Source: Deltaproteobacteria bacterium (GTDB lineage Bacteria; Desulfobacterota; Desulfobaccia; Desulfobaccales; 0-14-0-80-60-11). Taken from it: DNA of 64,000 nucleotides. Of the stretch, positions 8,335 through 17,585 are shown piece by piece. Position 1 is the stretch's first letter. Each line of letters starts with the position of its first letter. The notes under the pieces are model-generated. The model had not been told where the DNA came from, did not search any database, and saw only the letters and a program-made list of their open reading frames with translations. A program made the position numbers and the translations under genes. The stretch lies in the NCBI GenBank assembly GCA_016875015.1, contig VGSJ01000002.1, positions 12,465-76,464 on the forward strand. The letters are read 5' to 3'.

Positions 8335-8502
8335 CTATTCAAAGACAAACTTGTCTTCAGTGCACACCTTGATACAGGCGTCCACCACTTCCGGGTCATA
8401 GAGGACGCCCTTTTGCCGGGCAATCTCCTCCAGGGCCCGGTCGAGGCCCAACGCGGGCCGGTAAGGCCGGTGGGACTCATTGAGCCTGAGGGCTTCTGTA
8501 AT
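8335..8502 (-). pseudogene. C-terminal fragment of an HD/HD-GYP-type phosphohydrolase
   Basis: Hand translation gives ITEALRLNESHRPYRPALGLDRALEEIARQKGVLYDPEVVDACIKVCTEDKFVFE*. This matches the ..DRPY(R/K).A.....A..E......G..FDP.VV..F tail of HD-GYP proteins. There is no start codon and a TAA lies immediately upstream. The track ORF 8322..8528 is a different frame. Confidence 0.6.
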
Positions 8503-8673
8503 TTATGAATCATAACACTATGCTCCATGGCCTCAGGAGATTCTCAAATTTTTATTGACCAGTTTTCGGGTAGCAGGCAAGTCCGGCAAAATTAGCGATT
8601 GACGGGCGGGGCGGGGCGTTATACTTTGACGATTGAACACCATGACGTCTGACCTAAACGATCATCCACGCCC

Positions 8674-10317
8674 ATGAAAATAACCCTGGCCCAACTGAAT
8701 CCGGTGGTGGGGGACGTGCGCGGCAATCTCGCCAAAGTTGTCGCCACCCTGGCGCAGGAGCATCGAACCTCCGACCTGGTGGTCTTCTCCGAGCTTTTTC
8801 TGGTGGGCTATCCGCCCCGGGACCTCTTGGAGAAGCCGGCCCTCATTGGCCAGGTCCAGGAGGCTCTGGAACACCTGGTGGATTTGTCCGCCCGGTATCC
8901 CGCTACCGGGATTCTGGTGGGGGCGCCGCAGCCCACCGGCCGGGACACGGGCAAAGGCCTGTGCAACTGTGCGGTGCTGATACACCAGGGACAGGTGCGG
9001 CTGCGCCAGGCTAAATCGCTGTTGCCCACCTACGACGTTTTCGATGAGACCCGGCACTTCGATCCCGCCGGGGAGGTTGCGGTCGTCCCCTTTAAAAACG
9101 AGATTTTGGGAATCTCCATCTGCGAAGACGCCTGGTACGATCCGGAGCTGTGGTTTAGGCGTCTCTATCCCCTGGACCCCATCCAGGTCCAGGCTCATAA
9201 GGGCGCTACGGTGCTCATCAATATTTCCGCCTCGCCCTTTCAGGTGGGCAAAGAAGAGTTGCGCCACCGGCTGTTTCAGTCCCACGCCCTAAAATACCGG
9301 GTCCCCCTGGTCTATGTGAACCAGGTGGGGGGTAACGATGAGCTCATCTTTGACGGCCGCAGCCTGGCCCTGGACCCGGCGGGGGAGGCCAGCGCCGCGC
9401 TGCCGGGATTTCGGGAAGCGGTGGTCACGGTGGACCTGGCGCAACCCGGCGCCCCGGGCCTGTACCTGCCCCAGGAGAAGATCGTCACGGTGCACGAGGC
9501 CCTGATCCTGGGCCTGAGGGATTACCTGCGCAAATGCGGCTTCAAGCAAGCCGTGGTGGGCCTGTCCGGCGGGGTGGATTCCGCGGTTACCTGCTGCCTG
9601 GCCGCCGCCGCCCTGGGCCGGGAAAACGTCATGGGGGTGTTGATGCCCTCGCTCTACACCTCCCGGGACAGCATCGAGGACTCCCTCATCCTGGCCCGAA
9701 ACCTGGGAGTGGCAACCAGGCTCATTCCCATCACCCCCATCTACCAGAGCTACCTGGAAGCCCTGCAGGGGCCCCTTAATCTGGGGGAGATCGAACTCAC
9801 CCTGGAAAATATCCAGGCCCGCATCCGGGGCAACATCCTTATGGCCATCTCCAACAAAGAGGGCTACATGGTCCTGTCCACCGGGAACAAAAGCGAACTG
9901 GCGGTGGGCTACTGCACCTTGTACGGGGATATGAGCGGCGGGCTCGGGGTCCTGGCGGACGTGCCCAAGACCATGGTCTATGAACTGGCCGAATACCTCA
10001 ACCGGGACCGGGAGATCATCCCGGCGCAGATCATCCGCAAGGCCCCCTCCGCGGAGCTGCGCCCGGACCAGACGGACCAGGACACCCTGCCCCCGTACGA
10101 CCTCCTGGACCGGATCATGAACTATTACCTCACTGAGGGCTGTGCCTACGGGGACATCGTTAAGCTGGGGTTTGACCCGGAAACCGTGCAGTGGGTGATC
10201 CGCACCATCGACAAAAATGAGTACAAGCGGCGGCAGGCGGCACCGGGCCTGAAGATCACCTCCAAGGCCTTCGGCATGGGCCGGCGCATCCCCATTGCCG
10301 CGCAGTTCGATCTGTAA
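8674..10317 (+). CDS. nadE: Glutamine-dependent NAD+ synthetase
   Basis: N-terminal CN-hydrolase domain plus a C-terminal NAD synthase domain with the GLSGGVDSAV PP-loop. Confidence 0.95.
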   Translation: MKITLAQLNPVVGDVRGNLAKVVATLAQEHRTSDLVVFSELFLVGYPPRDLLEKPALIGQVQEALEHLVDLSARYPATGILVGAPQPTGRDTGKGLCNCAVLIHQGQVRLRQAKSLLPTYDVFDETRHFDPAGEVAVVPFKNEILGISICEDAWYDPELWFRRLYPLDPIQVQAHKGATVLINISASPFQVGKEELRHRLFQSHALKYRVPLVYVNQVGGNDELIFDGRSLALDPAGEASAALPGFREAVVTVDLAQPGAPGLYLPQEKIVTVHEALILGLRDYLRKCGFKQAVVGLSGGVDSAVTCCLAAAALGRENVMGVLMPSLYTSRDSIEDSLILARNLGVATRLIPITPIYQSYLEALQGPLNLGEIELTLENIQARIRGNILMAISNKEGYMVLSTGNKSELAVGYCTLYGDMSGGLGVLADVPKTMVYELAEYLNRDREIIPAQIIRKAPSAELRPDQTDQDTLPPYDLLDRIMNYYLTEGCAYGDIVKLGFDPETVQWVIRTIDKNEYKRRQAAPGLKITSKAFGMGRRIPIAAQFDL

Positions 10318-10438
10318 TCTTTCCCAGGCGGCGGTGGGGAAACAGCGGGGCGGGGCGCCTCCGGCTTCCCCTCACCTCTCCCCCAAAGGACGGACCTGCG
10401 GGTCCGCCCTTATGACCGGTTCGAAATAACCCCGGCGC

Positions 10439-10903
10439 TTACATTACCTTGGGCGGCTTGGCTGGGGTTTCCTCCGGGCTGGGCGGGTCCTGGGGCGCAA
10501 GCTCCGGCGGGGCGGTTGGCGGAATGTCGATGATTTTGGCCTTGGGGGAAGGCGCAGACGCCCCGGGGGCCGCCGGCGCCTCCCCGGTTTTCTTCACGGT
10601 CTTGAAATAGGACGGATCGAGGTCATAAAACACCTTGGGGACCTTCACCACCGCCTTCCAGGGCCCTTGAGGGGCATGGCCCCGATACAGGTAGTTTTCC
10701 CAGAAAAAATAGTAGTTGCCGCGGTAGCGGAAAACGTCGGTGGGGAGGTTGGGGGCCCAGGAGACCTGGGGCGCCCCGGGGACCTGGGTCCACTGGGGTT
10801 TGAGGTCGGGCGGCACCGGATTGATGCGAATGTCCTGGGCCCCGGCTGCCTCAGCAGCCGCTACCAGTGCCGATATTGCCAAGAGCTTGAGAAAATGCCG
10901 CAT
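10439..10903 (-). CDS. Secreted protein of unknown function, paralog B
   Basis: Start moved to MRHFLKLLAIS (GGAGG 8 nt upstream). Signal peptide. Core PDLKPQWTQVPGAPQVSWAP...DVFRYRGNYYFFWENYLYRG..PQGPWKAV..VPKVFYDLDPSYFK is homologous to 11125..11601. Pro-rich tail. Confidence 0.7.
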   Translation of the reverse strand: MRHFLKLLAISALVAAAEAAGAQDIRINPVPPDLKPQWTQVPGAPQVSWAPNLPTDVFRYRGNYYFFWENYLYRGHAPQGPWKAVVKVPKVFYDLDPSYFKTVKKTGEAPAAPGASAPSPKAKIIDIPPTAPPELAPQDPPSPEETPAKPPKVM

Positions 10904-11124
10904 CGGTGGAACCTCCACTGTCTGGTCAAGGCTGGGCCGCTGGGGCCCCTTCCCTTAATACCGTATCCCGAATTAACAAAATCAGCGCAGGCGCCGAAAA
11001 GACCGCCAGGAGGTTGCCGGCGCCAACGCACTGAGCCGGTGCCGGACCAGCCGTCGGGGTTAATGCCGGGGAGCGATGGTTTCCGAAATGAATGAGCCGG
11101 GAAGCTCCTTTCAGGATCGGGGGC

Positions 11125-11601
11125 TCACTCGAATTTTTTCATCTGTCCCGGCGGCAAAGAGCCACCTTGCTCCAGTTTTTTCATCTGTCCCGGCGGCAAA
11201 GAGCCTCCCTGGTTTGATTTCTTCATCTGTCCCGGTGGCGCCGGCGCCCCTCCCCAGCCGGTTTTCTGGCCCTTGGCCCATCCCGGCGGCGACTTGAAGT
11301 AAGTCGGTCCGATCTTATAAAAACCCCGGGGAGGATTCTTAATCACCCTCCAGGGACCGTTGAGGCGGTCACCCCGATGCCAGCGTCCGTCACCGTAATA
11401 GTAGAACTGCTTGCCATAGCGGAAGAGGTCATGGCGTTGATCCGGGACGTAATCGATCCCGGGAGCCTGGGGAACCGGCGTCCAGCGGGGAGCCAGATCG
11501 GGCCCCCAGGGCGGGACGAATTGTGATTGGGCCCACAACGCCGTCACCCCCGAGAGCAGAATCACCAGCATTAACGGTAAGGCCTTCGATAAAAATTTCA
11601 T
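11125..11601 (-). CDS. Secreted protein of unknown function, paralog A, with 13-aa C-terminal tandem repeats
   Basis: Start moved to MKFLSKALPLMLVILL (AAGGAGG SD). Core PDLAPRWTPVPQAPGIDYVP..DLFRYGKQFYYYGDGRWHRG..LNGPWRVI..PPRGFYKIGPTYFK. Tail is PPGQMKK(S/L/F)(N/E)QGGSL repeated about 3 times. Confidence 0.7.
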   Translation of the reverse strand: MKFLSKALPLMLVILLSGVTALWAQSQFVPPWGPDLAPRWTPVPQAPGIDYVPDQRHDLFRYGKQFYYYGDGRWHRGDRLNGPWRVIKNPPRGFYKIGPTYFKSPPGWAKGQKTGWGGAPAPPGQMKKSNQGGSLPPGQMKKLEQGGSLPPGQMKKFE

Positions 11602-11611
11602 GACGTCCTCC

Positions 11612-12361
11612 TTAAGCGGGAATGCTCTTCTGCCGGCCCACGGCCAGGTCGTGCAGGGGGATGAGGATATCCGCCGCCTCTTTAACCCGCCGGGCGCTCT
11701 CATAGGCGTCGATGACATTGATGTGGACCCCCGAAGGAATGGGCGGCCCCGAGGCTGGAAAGTTCACTTCATTACAGCAAAACCCGGTGATCACCGCCTG
11801 GCCGGCCCGGGTGTTGACCACCACGGACTGGCCCCCCACCGTGTGCCCGGGGGTGAGGAGCACCCGGATACCCGGGACGATCTGGGCATCTCCATCAACC
11901 TGCACCACCTCCACGTCATCCAAAAGGTCTGGGAAGTAGCGGTGGTCCACCGGGTGGGGCTCTTGACAAAATTCGTACTCCTTCTTCTGGACATAGACCC
12001 GGGCGTTGGTGCACTTGTAGTCGTTTTCGCAGTGGTCGTTGTGCAGGTGGGTATGAATGATGATGTCGATGTCTGCCGGCTTGAGACCGAACGTGTCCAG
12101 GGCCGCTTCGAACTCCTGGATCTTCAAGCCGTACTGCTCCCCCACCTCGGGCGGCACCATGAACTGTTCCAGACCCGTGTCCACCAGGATCTTCTCCGGG
12201 CCCCCTTCCAGGTAAAACACGTAGATGGGGATCCAGATCCGCTTGCCGTAGCCCTTGAGATAGGTCATGATGCCCTGATCCGTTTCATTGGCCCCCACCA
12301 CCAGGGGGTGGATGACATATTCTTGTATGGCGCTCTCCTTGGGCGATTTTTCGTCTAGCAT
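11612..12361 (-). CDS. MBL-fold metallo-hydrolase (lactonase-like)
   Basis: HTHLHNDH (HxHxDH) motif, then TPGHT. Full-length beta-lactamase fold pattern. Confidence 0.85.
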   Translation of the reverse strand: MLDEKSPKESAIQEYVIHPLVVGANETDQGIMTYLKGYGKRIWIPIYVFYLEGGPEKILVDTGLEQFMVPPEVGEQYGLKIQEFEAALDTFGLKPADIDIIIHTHLHNDHCENDYKCTNARVYVQKKEYEFCQEPHPVDHRYFPDLLDDVEVVQVDGDAQIVPGIRVLLTPGHTVGGQSVVVNTRAGQAVITGFCCNEVNFPASGPPIPSGVHINVIDAYESARRVKEAADILIPLHDLAVGRQKSIPA

Positions 12362-12436
12362 GATTATCGTCTCGATTATTTTTCGTTCCCAAACTCTATT
12401 GGGGGAACTGGGAAAAGTTATTCCTGGCGCGCCACC

Positions 12437-12709
12437 CTAGCAGAGCCAGCAGCCCTGCTCCCGGATCTCCTCGTACCACTTGACCAGAAGTTGGCGCGCC
12501 GTCGGTTTGTCCACCACCAGGAGCCGGCGCACCCCGGCCATGTCAATGAACCCGCCGAAATAGGCGAACTTCACCAGGCCCTCTAAGTTTTCCGGGGAGA
12601 ATTTCCAGGCCCGCTCCGGCACCCGCTCCCACATCTCTTCGGCCTGGATGATCTCCCGCACCTGGGCAAAATGGCTCTCGAGCCTGGCGGCACGCTCTGC
12701 CGGGGTCAC
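12437..12709 (-). CDS. Hypothetical 90-aa protein, translationally coupled to the upstream protease gene
   Basis: The ATG lies 3 nt after the protease stop. Ends ...EQGCWLC. No family recognised. Confidence 0.5.
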   Translation of the reverse strand: MTPAERAARLESHFAQVREIIQAEEMWERVPERAWKFSPENLEGLVKFAYFGGFIDMAGVRRLLVVDKPTARQLLVKWYEEIREQGCWLC

Positions 12710-12712
12710 CGC

Positions 12713-13501
12713 TTACTTCATCCAGGGGGCGATGATCTGCCGGGCGAGGTTGATGGGAATGGCGAAGCCGATGCCCTGGCCCTGGGCGGAGATCATGGAG
12801 TTGATGGCCACCACCTGGCCGTTGATGTCCAGCAAGGGCCCGCCGCTGTTGCCGGGGTTGATGGAGGCGTCCGTCTGGATGAAGTCGCCGTAAGTCCCCC
12901 GGCCCAGGCCCCGGCGCCCGGTGGCGCTGATAATGCCCACGGTCATGGTCTTTTCCAGCCCGAAGGGGCTGCCGATGGCAATGGCCCACTGCCCCACCCG
13001 GATCTTGGTGGAATCCCCCAGTTTTGCAGAATGCAGGCCGGTTACCGGCACCTGGACCAGAGCAATGTCAAACCGGGGGTCGGCGCCCACCAGCCGGCCC
13101 GTCACGTCCCGGCCGTCGCTCAGGTGCACCTGGAGTTGCTGGGACCCGGCCACCACGTGGTTGTTGGTGAGGATGTAGCCCCGGGGGTCAATGATGACGC
13201 CGGAGCCCTGGCCCACTGTGCGCCGCCGGACGGGGGCGCCGCCCATCTCCCGGAACATGCTTTCAAAGGGCGTGCCCCGGAAAAAATCGTCGGGAGGGCC
13301 GAAAGGCTGCACCGTCACCACCCGGATGGCCTTGAGGCTCACCACCGACGGCATCACCTGCTCAGCTACCCGGATGAAGTCAGCTTGCAGCCCCAACGCG
13401 GTGGCGCCAAAAGCCGGGTGCACGGCCAACGGGCAAGTGGCGAGCAGCAGGAGCGCCGCCAGGCCCAAAGCCAGCCATAACTGTCTTAAACGCAGAAGCA
13501 T
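12713..13501 (-). CDS. Trypsin-like (S1C/HtrA-type) serine protease without PDZ domain
   Basis: GSGVIIDPRGYILTNNHVV (His), DIALV (Asp), GNSGGPLLD (Ser). Start moved to MLLRLRQLW (GGGAGG 7 nt upstream). Signal peptide present. Confidence 0.85.
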   Translation of the reverse strand: MLLRLRQLWLALGLAALLLLATCPLAVHPAFGATALGLQADFIRVAEQVMPSVVSLKAIRVVTVQPFGPPDDFFRGTPFESMFREMGGAPVRRRTVGQGSGVIIDPRGYILTNNHVVAGSQQLQVHLSDGRDVTGRLVGADPRFDIALVQVPVTGLHSAKLGDSTKIRVGQWAIAIGSPFGLEKTMTVGIISATGRRGLGRGTYGDFIQTDASINPGNSGGPLLDINGQVVAINSMISAQGQGIGFAIPINLARQIIAPWMK

Positions 13502-13600
13502 GTATGGTCCTCCCGTAAGTCGCTTCATCGTAAATGGCGTCCAGGCTCGGTTGCCTGGTTCTTGCCAAATCAGCATGGTGCGTCCTTCCAAAAATTAGGA

Positions 13601-14005
13601 CTAGATCAGGAGCAGCGGAGGGGGCGGTTCAGGTTCCGGGGGCGGGCCGATGACGCTAAGGACCTCCGCCGGGATCATGCTGTCGGCCAGGGCTATGAAC
13701 GGGAACCCTTGAGCGGTGTCGACCGCCGCGCCGGGTCCGAAATGCCGCACCCCAGCATCGCCGCCGATCGCGAGAGCGACCACCGGGGCGGTCGGCTCAT
13801 ACCGGGTCCAGAAGACCTGGAGGTCGCACGGGGCTCCGGGGGCGGACCCCGACCAACCCATTAGGGTGTGGACTTCCCCATCGGGATACGAAAGGGTCAG
13901 GGCCGGGGCCCGCCAGATGGGGGAGAGCACCGCCAGGCGCTGCCGGGGCAGGCCCTGGGGCACGTTGCTCCCCGGCCGCACTTCATATTCCAGATGCTGC
14001 TCCAT
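13601..14005 (-). CDS. Hypothetical 134-aa protein
   Basis: High-GC3 ORF co-directional with the protease gene. Pro-rich C-terminus. No family recognised. Confidence 0.4.
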   Translation of the reverse strand: MEQHLEYEVRPGSNVPQGLPRQRLAVLSPIWRAPALTLSYPDGEVHTLMGWSGSAPGAPCDLQVFWTRYEPTAPVVALAIGGDAGVRHFGPGAAVDTAQGFPFIALADSMIPAEVLSVIGPPPEPEPPPPLLLI

Positions 14006-14149
14006 GCCTTATGATATTTCTCCATGTCTGAATGAGAATTTGAGGTATTTTCTACCGCAGCCGTCAACCAGGTGCGTTCCGCCTTGAAAAAAGATTGGCG
14101 GCATAACCTTTCAGCCTGTGCCGCCGTAGGTCGCGTTTCACGCCCGGCG

Positions 14150-15307
14150 TTATGGCGCGTAAGACGCACTCTTGTACCCTGCCTCGGTCAACACCTCCAT
14201 GGTCTGGGCCACCGTGCTCTCCCAACTGAGTCCGGCCACCGCCTGGGCCGCGGCCCGGTGCACCTGCGGGTCCCGGCCCCGGGTGAGGAACGTCGCCAGG
14301 GCCTCCGTGAGGCCGGCGATGTCGTCCGGCTTCTGGACTATGGCGCCGTTCTCCCCGGGAGTGATGAATTCCGCCGCCCCATTGGCTGCGGTGGTGATCG
14401 CCGGCGTGCCGCAGCCCAGGGCCTCCAGCACCACGTTGCTGCACGGGTCATAGAGGGTGGGCAGGGCCAGAACCGTGGCGGCCTGACAAAACGGCGCGGT
14501 CTCGGTCACCGGCCCCCAGAATTTGACCCGGTCAGCCACCCCTAACCGTTCCGCGGCCCGGAGGTAAGGGGCGATATGGCCTTTGCCCACCACCCATAAC
14601 TGACTGGCCTTATCCTTTAGACTGCCGAACGCCCGCAAAAGATAAGTCAAACCTTTCCGTTCAAAACCTGAACCCGCAAATAATACCACGGCGCCGTCCT
14701 CCGGCGCCCCCAGGCGGCGGCGGAGAGCCGCAACGGCGTTGGCCGCCAGGGGATGAAACCGCTGCCGGTCCAGGCCGTTCACAATCACCCGGAGGCGGGC
14801 CGGGTCCACCCCATAGAGCCGGATGATTTCTTCCCGCACCTGCCGGGAGTTGGCGATCACCCGCCGCAGGCCCGGGTCACGGAAGAGCCGCCGCTCGAGG
14901 CGGAGCATCACCCGGTGAAACAGGCTGAGGCGCTGGGCAGCCCGGGCCAGGGGTGGGAGATAAGGGGCGCGGCGGTTCAAAAACTCCCGGTGGCAGCCGT
15001 CTCCGGCGCGGTAGACCTGGGAACCCGGCACCCGCTCCAGGCTGAACGCCACCTGGGGCCCGGCGTCTTTGAGGAAGCGGCGGGTGTTCAGAGCAAAAGT
15101 CAGGAGCCGGAGCGTCTTGCCGCCCCAGACCGGCACCCGCACATAGGCCACCCCCGGCCCCAGCGCGGCCTGGACCCCGTCCACCCTTTCCGTGCCGTAC
15201 ACCGCCACATCGTGTCCGGCCGCGGCCAGACCCCGGACCAGGTAAATTAGGGTGGTCTCGGCCCCCCCGAGCGTTGTTACCCGCGGTCGTATGAGCGCGA
15301 TCTTCAT
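14150..15307 (-). CDS. Glycosyltransferase family 4 (GT-B, WaaG-like)
   Basis: MKIALIRPRVTTLGGAE..., then C-terminal ...E.LGCG.P.I.T..GA.E motifs typical of the GT4 family. Confidence 0.85.
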   Translation of the reverse strand: MKIALIRPRVTTLGGAETTLIYLVRGLAAAGHDVAVYGTERVDGVQAALGPGVAYVRVPVWGGKTLRLLTFALNTRRFLKDAGPQVAFSLERVPGSQVYRAGDGCHREFLNRRAPYLPPLARAAQRLSLFHRVMLRLERRLFRDPGLRRVIANSRQVREEIIRLYGVDPARLRVIVNGLDRQRFHPLAANAVAALRRRLGAPEDGAVVLFAGSGFERKGLTYLLRAFGSLKDKASQLWVVGKGHIAPYLRAAERLGVADRVKFWGPVTETAPFCQAATVLALPTLYDPCSNVVLEALGCGTPAITTAANGAAEFITPGENGAIVQKPDDIAGLTEALATFLTRGRDPQVHRAAAQAVAGLSWESTVAQTMEVLTEAGYKSASYAP

Positions 15308-15456
15308 GGATATCTAGTGGTGGCACCGGCGTCTCGCCTGTGCAGGCGCCGGCTAAAGGTTCATGACCGATGTCGGTCACCCGCAGGGGATGAAAATCTC
15401 CCCTGCCCCCCTTTTTCAAAGGGGGGTTTTAAAGTCCCCCTTTAACAAAGGGGGAT

Positions 15457-15712
15457 TTAGGGGCAATGCTGTTCACTTAGCACCCGAGCTTTCAAAAAAT
15501 CCGGGAACGCATTTATCAACGACAGGGAGAAAGTGATTAATTCCCCCTCACCCTAAACCCTCTCCCCCATTGGGGGAGAGGGAATAAAGAAGGATATCCG
15601 GTAATTCTCCCTCTCCCCCCGGCGGGAGGAGAGGGCTGGGGTGAGGGGGGGCATCCTCGCCCCAGCAACCCATCGAAATAGCCAAACCTTAAGTGAACCG
15701 TATTGCCCCTAA
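15457..15712. mobile_element. MITE-like 256-nt element with about 24-nt terminal inverted repeats
   Basis: Left end TTAGGGGCAATGCTGTTCACTTAG. Reverse complement of the right end TTAGGGGCAATACGGTTCACTTAAG. The interior holds nested CCCTCTCCCCC/GGGGGAGAGGG and GGTGAGGGG palindromes and has no ORF. Confidence 0.5.
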
Positions 15713-15949
15713 TCCTGAAACAAAAACCAAAAAACTATGGCCCCCTCCACAGAATGTTGGGTATTCTCATATAAAAGCCCGCGGCTGCCAAATTCTCCCC
15801 GCTAATATTTCCGTCAGTTCAATACGCTATGTTTGACGTTCAATGGGTATGCGAGGGTATGGCCGCGTTCAACCGGCAGTCCCCCACTCCCGGGTTGAGG
15901 CAGGCTCCGGTCCAGGCCCCCGGGAGTGAGGCGGTCCAATCCCCTGAGG

Positions 15950-16558
15950 CTATTCCTGCACCACGGTGGCCTTAATAATGGTTACCGGCTCCTGGGGCAC
16001 ATTCTCATAAGAGTCGCGCGTGGTGGTGGCCACCGCCTTGATTTTATCCACCACTTCCCGGCCTTGGCTCACCTTGCCGAACACCGCGTATCCCCAGCCC
16101 TGGGGCGTTTTGCTGGTGTGGTTGAGAAAGGTGTTGTTGCCCACGCTGATGAAGAACTGCGCCGTGGCCGAATGCGGGTCGCCGGTCCGGGCCATGGCGA
16201 CGGTGTAGGCATCATTGGTCAGGCCGTTGTCGGCTTCGTTCTTGATGGGCGCCCGGGTCGGCTTCTTGTTCATCTGGGCGTCCAGACCCCCGCCCTGGAT
16301 CATGAACCCGTTGATGACCCGGTGAAAAATGGTGCCGTTAAAAAATCCCGCTTTGACGTACTCCAGAAAATTGGCCACCGTGGCCGGGGCCTTGTCCGGA
16401 TTCAACTCTAAGGTGATCTCTCCCATGCTCGTTTCCAGCTTGACCAACGGATGACTCCTTTCTGCCCGGGCGCTCGACCCGGTTCCCAGGATTAAGCCTG
16501 CCATGAGGCCGACGGCCAGGAACAGCGCGCCGCGCCAGCCACCTCCACATATTTTCAT
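15950..16558 (-). CDS. Peptidyl-prolyl cis-trans isomerase, cyclophilin type (periplasmic)
   Basis: GEITLELNPDKAPATVANFLEY...FHRVI.GFMIQGGG. Start moved to MKICGGGW (GGAGG SD). Signal peptide present. Confidence 0.9.
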   Translation of the reverse strand: MKICGGGWRGALFLAVGLMAGLILGTGSSARAERSHPLVKLETSMGEITLELNPDKAPATVANFLEYVKAGFFNGTIFHRVINGFMIQGGGLDAQMNKKPTRAPIKNEADNGLTNDAYTVAMARTGDPHSATAQFFISVGNNTFLNHTSKTPQGWGYAVFGKVSQGREVVDKIKAVATTTRDSYENVPQEPVTIIKATVVQE

Positions 16559-16730
16559 GCCGATTCCTCCATGCTGATTGAGATTCATAACCATATCCGC
16601 CCGGGACTGAGGTTCAAAACAGGCGCGGTTCACTCAGCCGGCTGGTCGCCTTGACCTACTCGATGGGGGGACATGCACGTTGAGTAGGTTGAAGGGCGCG
16701 AGGGGTATCTCAATAGTTTTCAGTAGGTTG

Positions 16731-17585
16731 CTAAAAAATTTTAGCAAGATAGCCGAAACTATTAATTTTTGCCCCTTTAAAATAATGAGTCAGCCCTTCT
16801 TCAAAAATAATAAGTTCTTCATATCGTTCCCTGATTTTCGACTCTAATAAATCTTTCTCAAGGAGGGTTATTGGATATCTTACGATGCCATCTTTCATCC
16901 CATCCGGTAATTGACCCGGACCATTTCCACTATAGTTTGATGTCTGTATTGTAATAATTTGCCCAATATTATGCTCTAAAAGGGGCAATCTAGTGAGAAA
17001 GATATATTCCGCCGCACATTTCAAAATATCATCAATAGCTTGAAGAGGGTTCGGCACATATTGCAATGCAGATGATGAAAAACAAAGATCTACTCCGTTA
17101 TAAGCTGCAATAGCTTCATTGATATCTTCAAAAAATCTCAACTTACCATCTTCTAATAATTTTCCTTTCTGAACCATATTGTGGGTTTCTACGACATGCC
17201 ATTTCACTTCGATACTACCATTAAGGAAATGATTAGCTAAAAAGTAATGCGCCCCACAACCACCGCCAAAATCAACGACCCTCAATATTTTTTTCTTAGA
17301 TAAAACAGATATAATTAATAGTTGCCTGCTTATTGCATAATCAGCCATTAACGGTTTTTGACTATAGACCTTGTCACGCCAACATTTTGTCTTCTCATAT
17401 ACTACATCTGCTAGATAATCGTTTGAATATCCCGTATGACATTGTAATAATGCCTCATTGTATGAACTGAAATTAGTCGGCAAAAGCTCAGTATTTATAT
17501 ATCTCCTGACTGTCTGAGCCAGGGTTTTCGAGATGAAGCCCTTAAAATTAATGGTCATCTCCTGCCCCTTGGATTTTTTCGCCAT
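16731..17585 (-). CDS. Class I SAM-dependent methyltransferase, TIGR04325-like
   Basis: F.SYNEAL..C.GYSNDYLADVV.EKT N-terminal region, then VVDFGGGCG (SAM motif I). The gene is clearly AT-richer than its flanks. Confidence 0.7.
   Translation of the reverse strand: MAKKSKGQEMTINFKGFISKTLAQTVRRYINTELLPTNFSSYNEALLQCHTGYSNDYLADVVYEKTKCWRDKVYSQKPLMADYAISRQLLIISVLSKKKILRVVDFGGGCGAHYFLANHFLNGSIEVKWHVVETHNMVQKGKLLEDGKLRFFEDINEAIAAYNGVDLCFSSSALQYVPNPLQAIDDILKCAAEYIFLTRLPLLEHNIGQIITIQTSNYSGNGPGQLPDGMKDGIVRYPITLLEKDLLESKIRERYEELIIFEEGLTHYFKGAKINSFGYLAKIF

Noticed and set aside
12671-13480. 269-aa plus-strand ORF
   Set aside because: It is antisense to the S1C protease, which has a clear catalytic triad.
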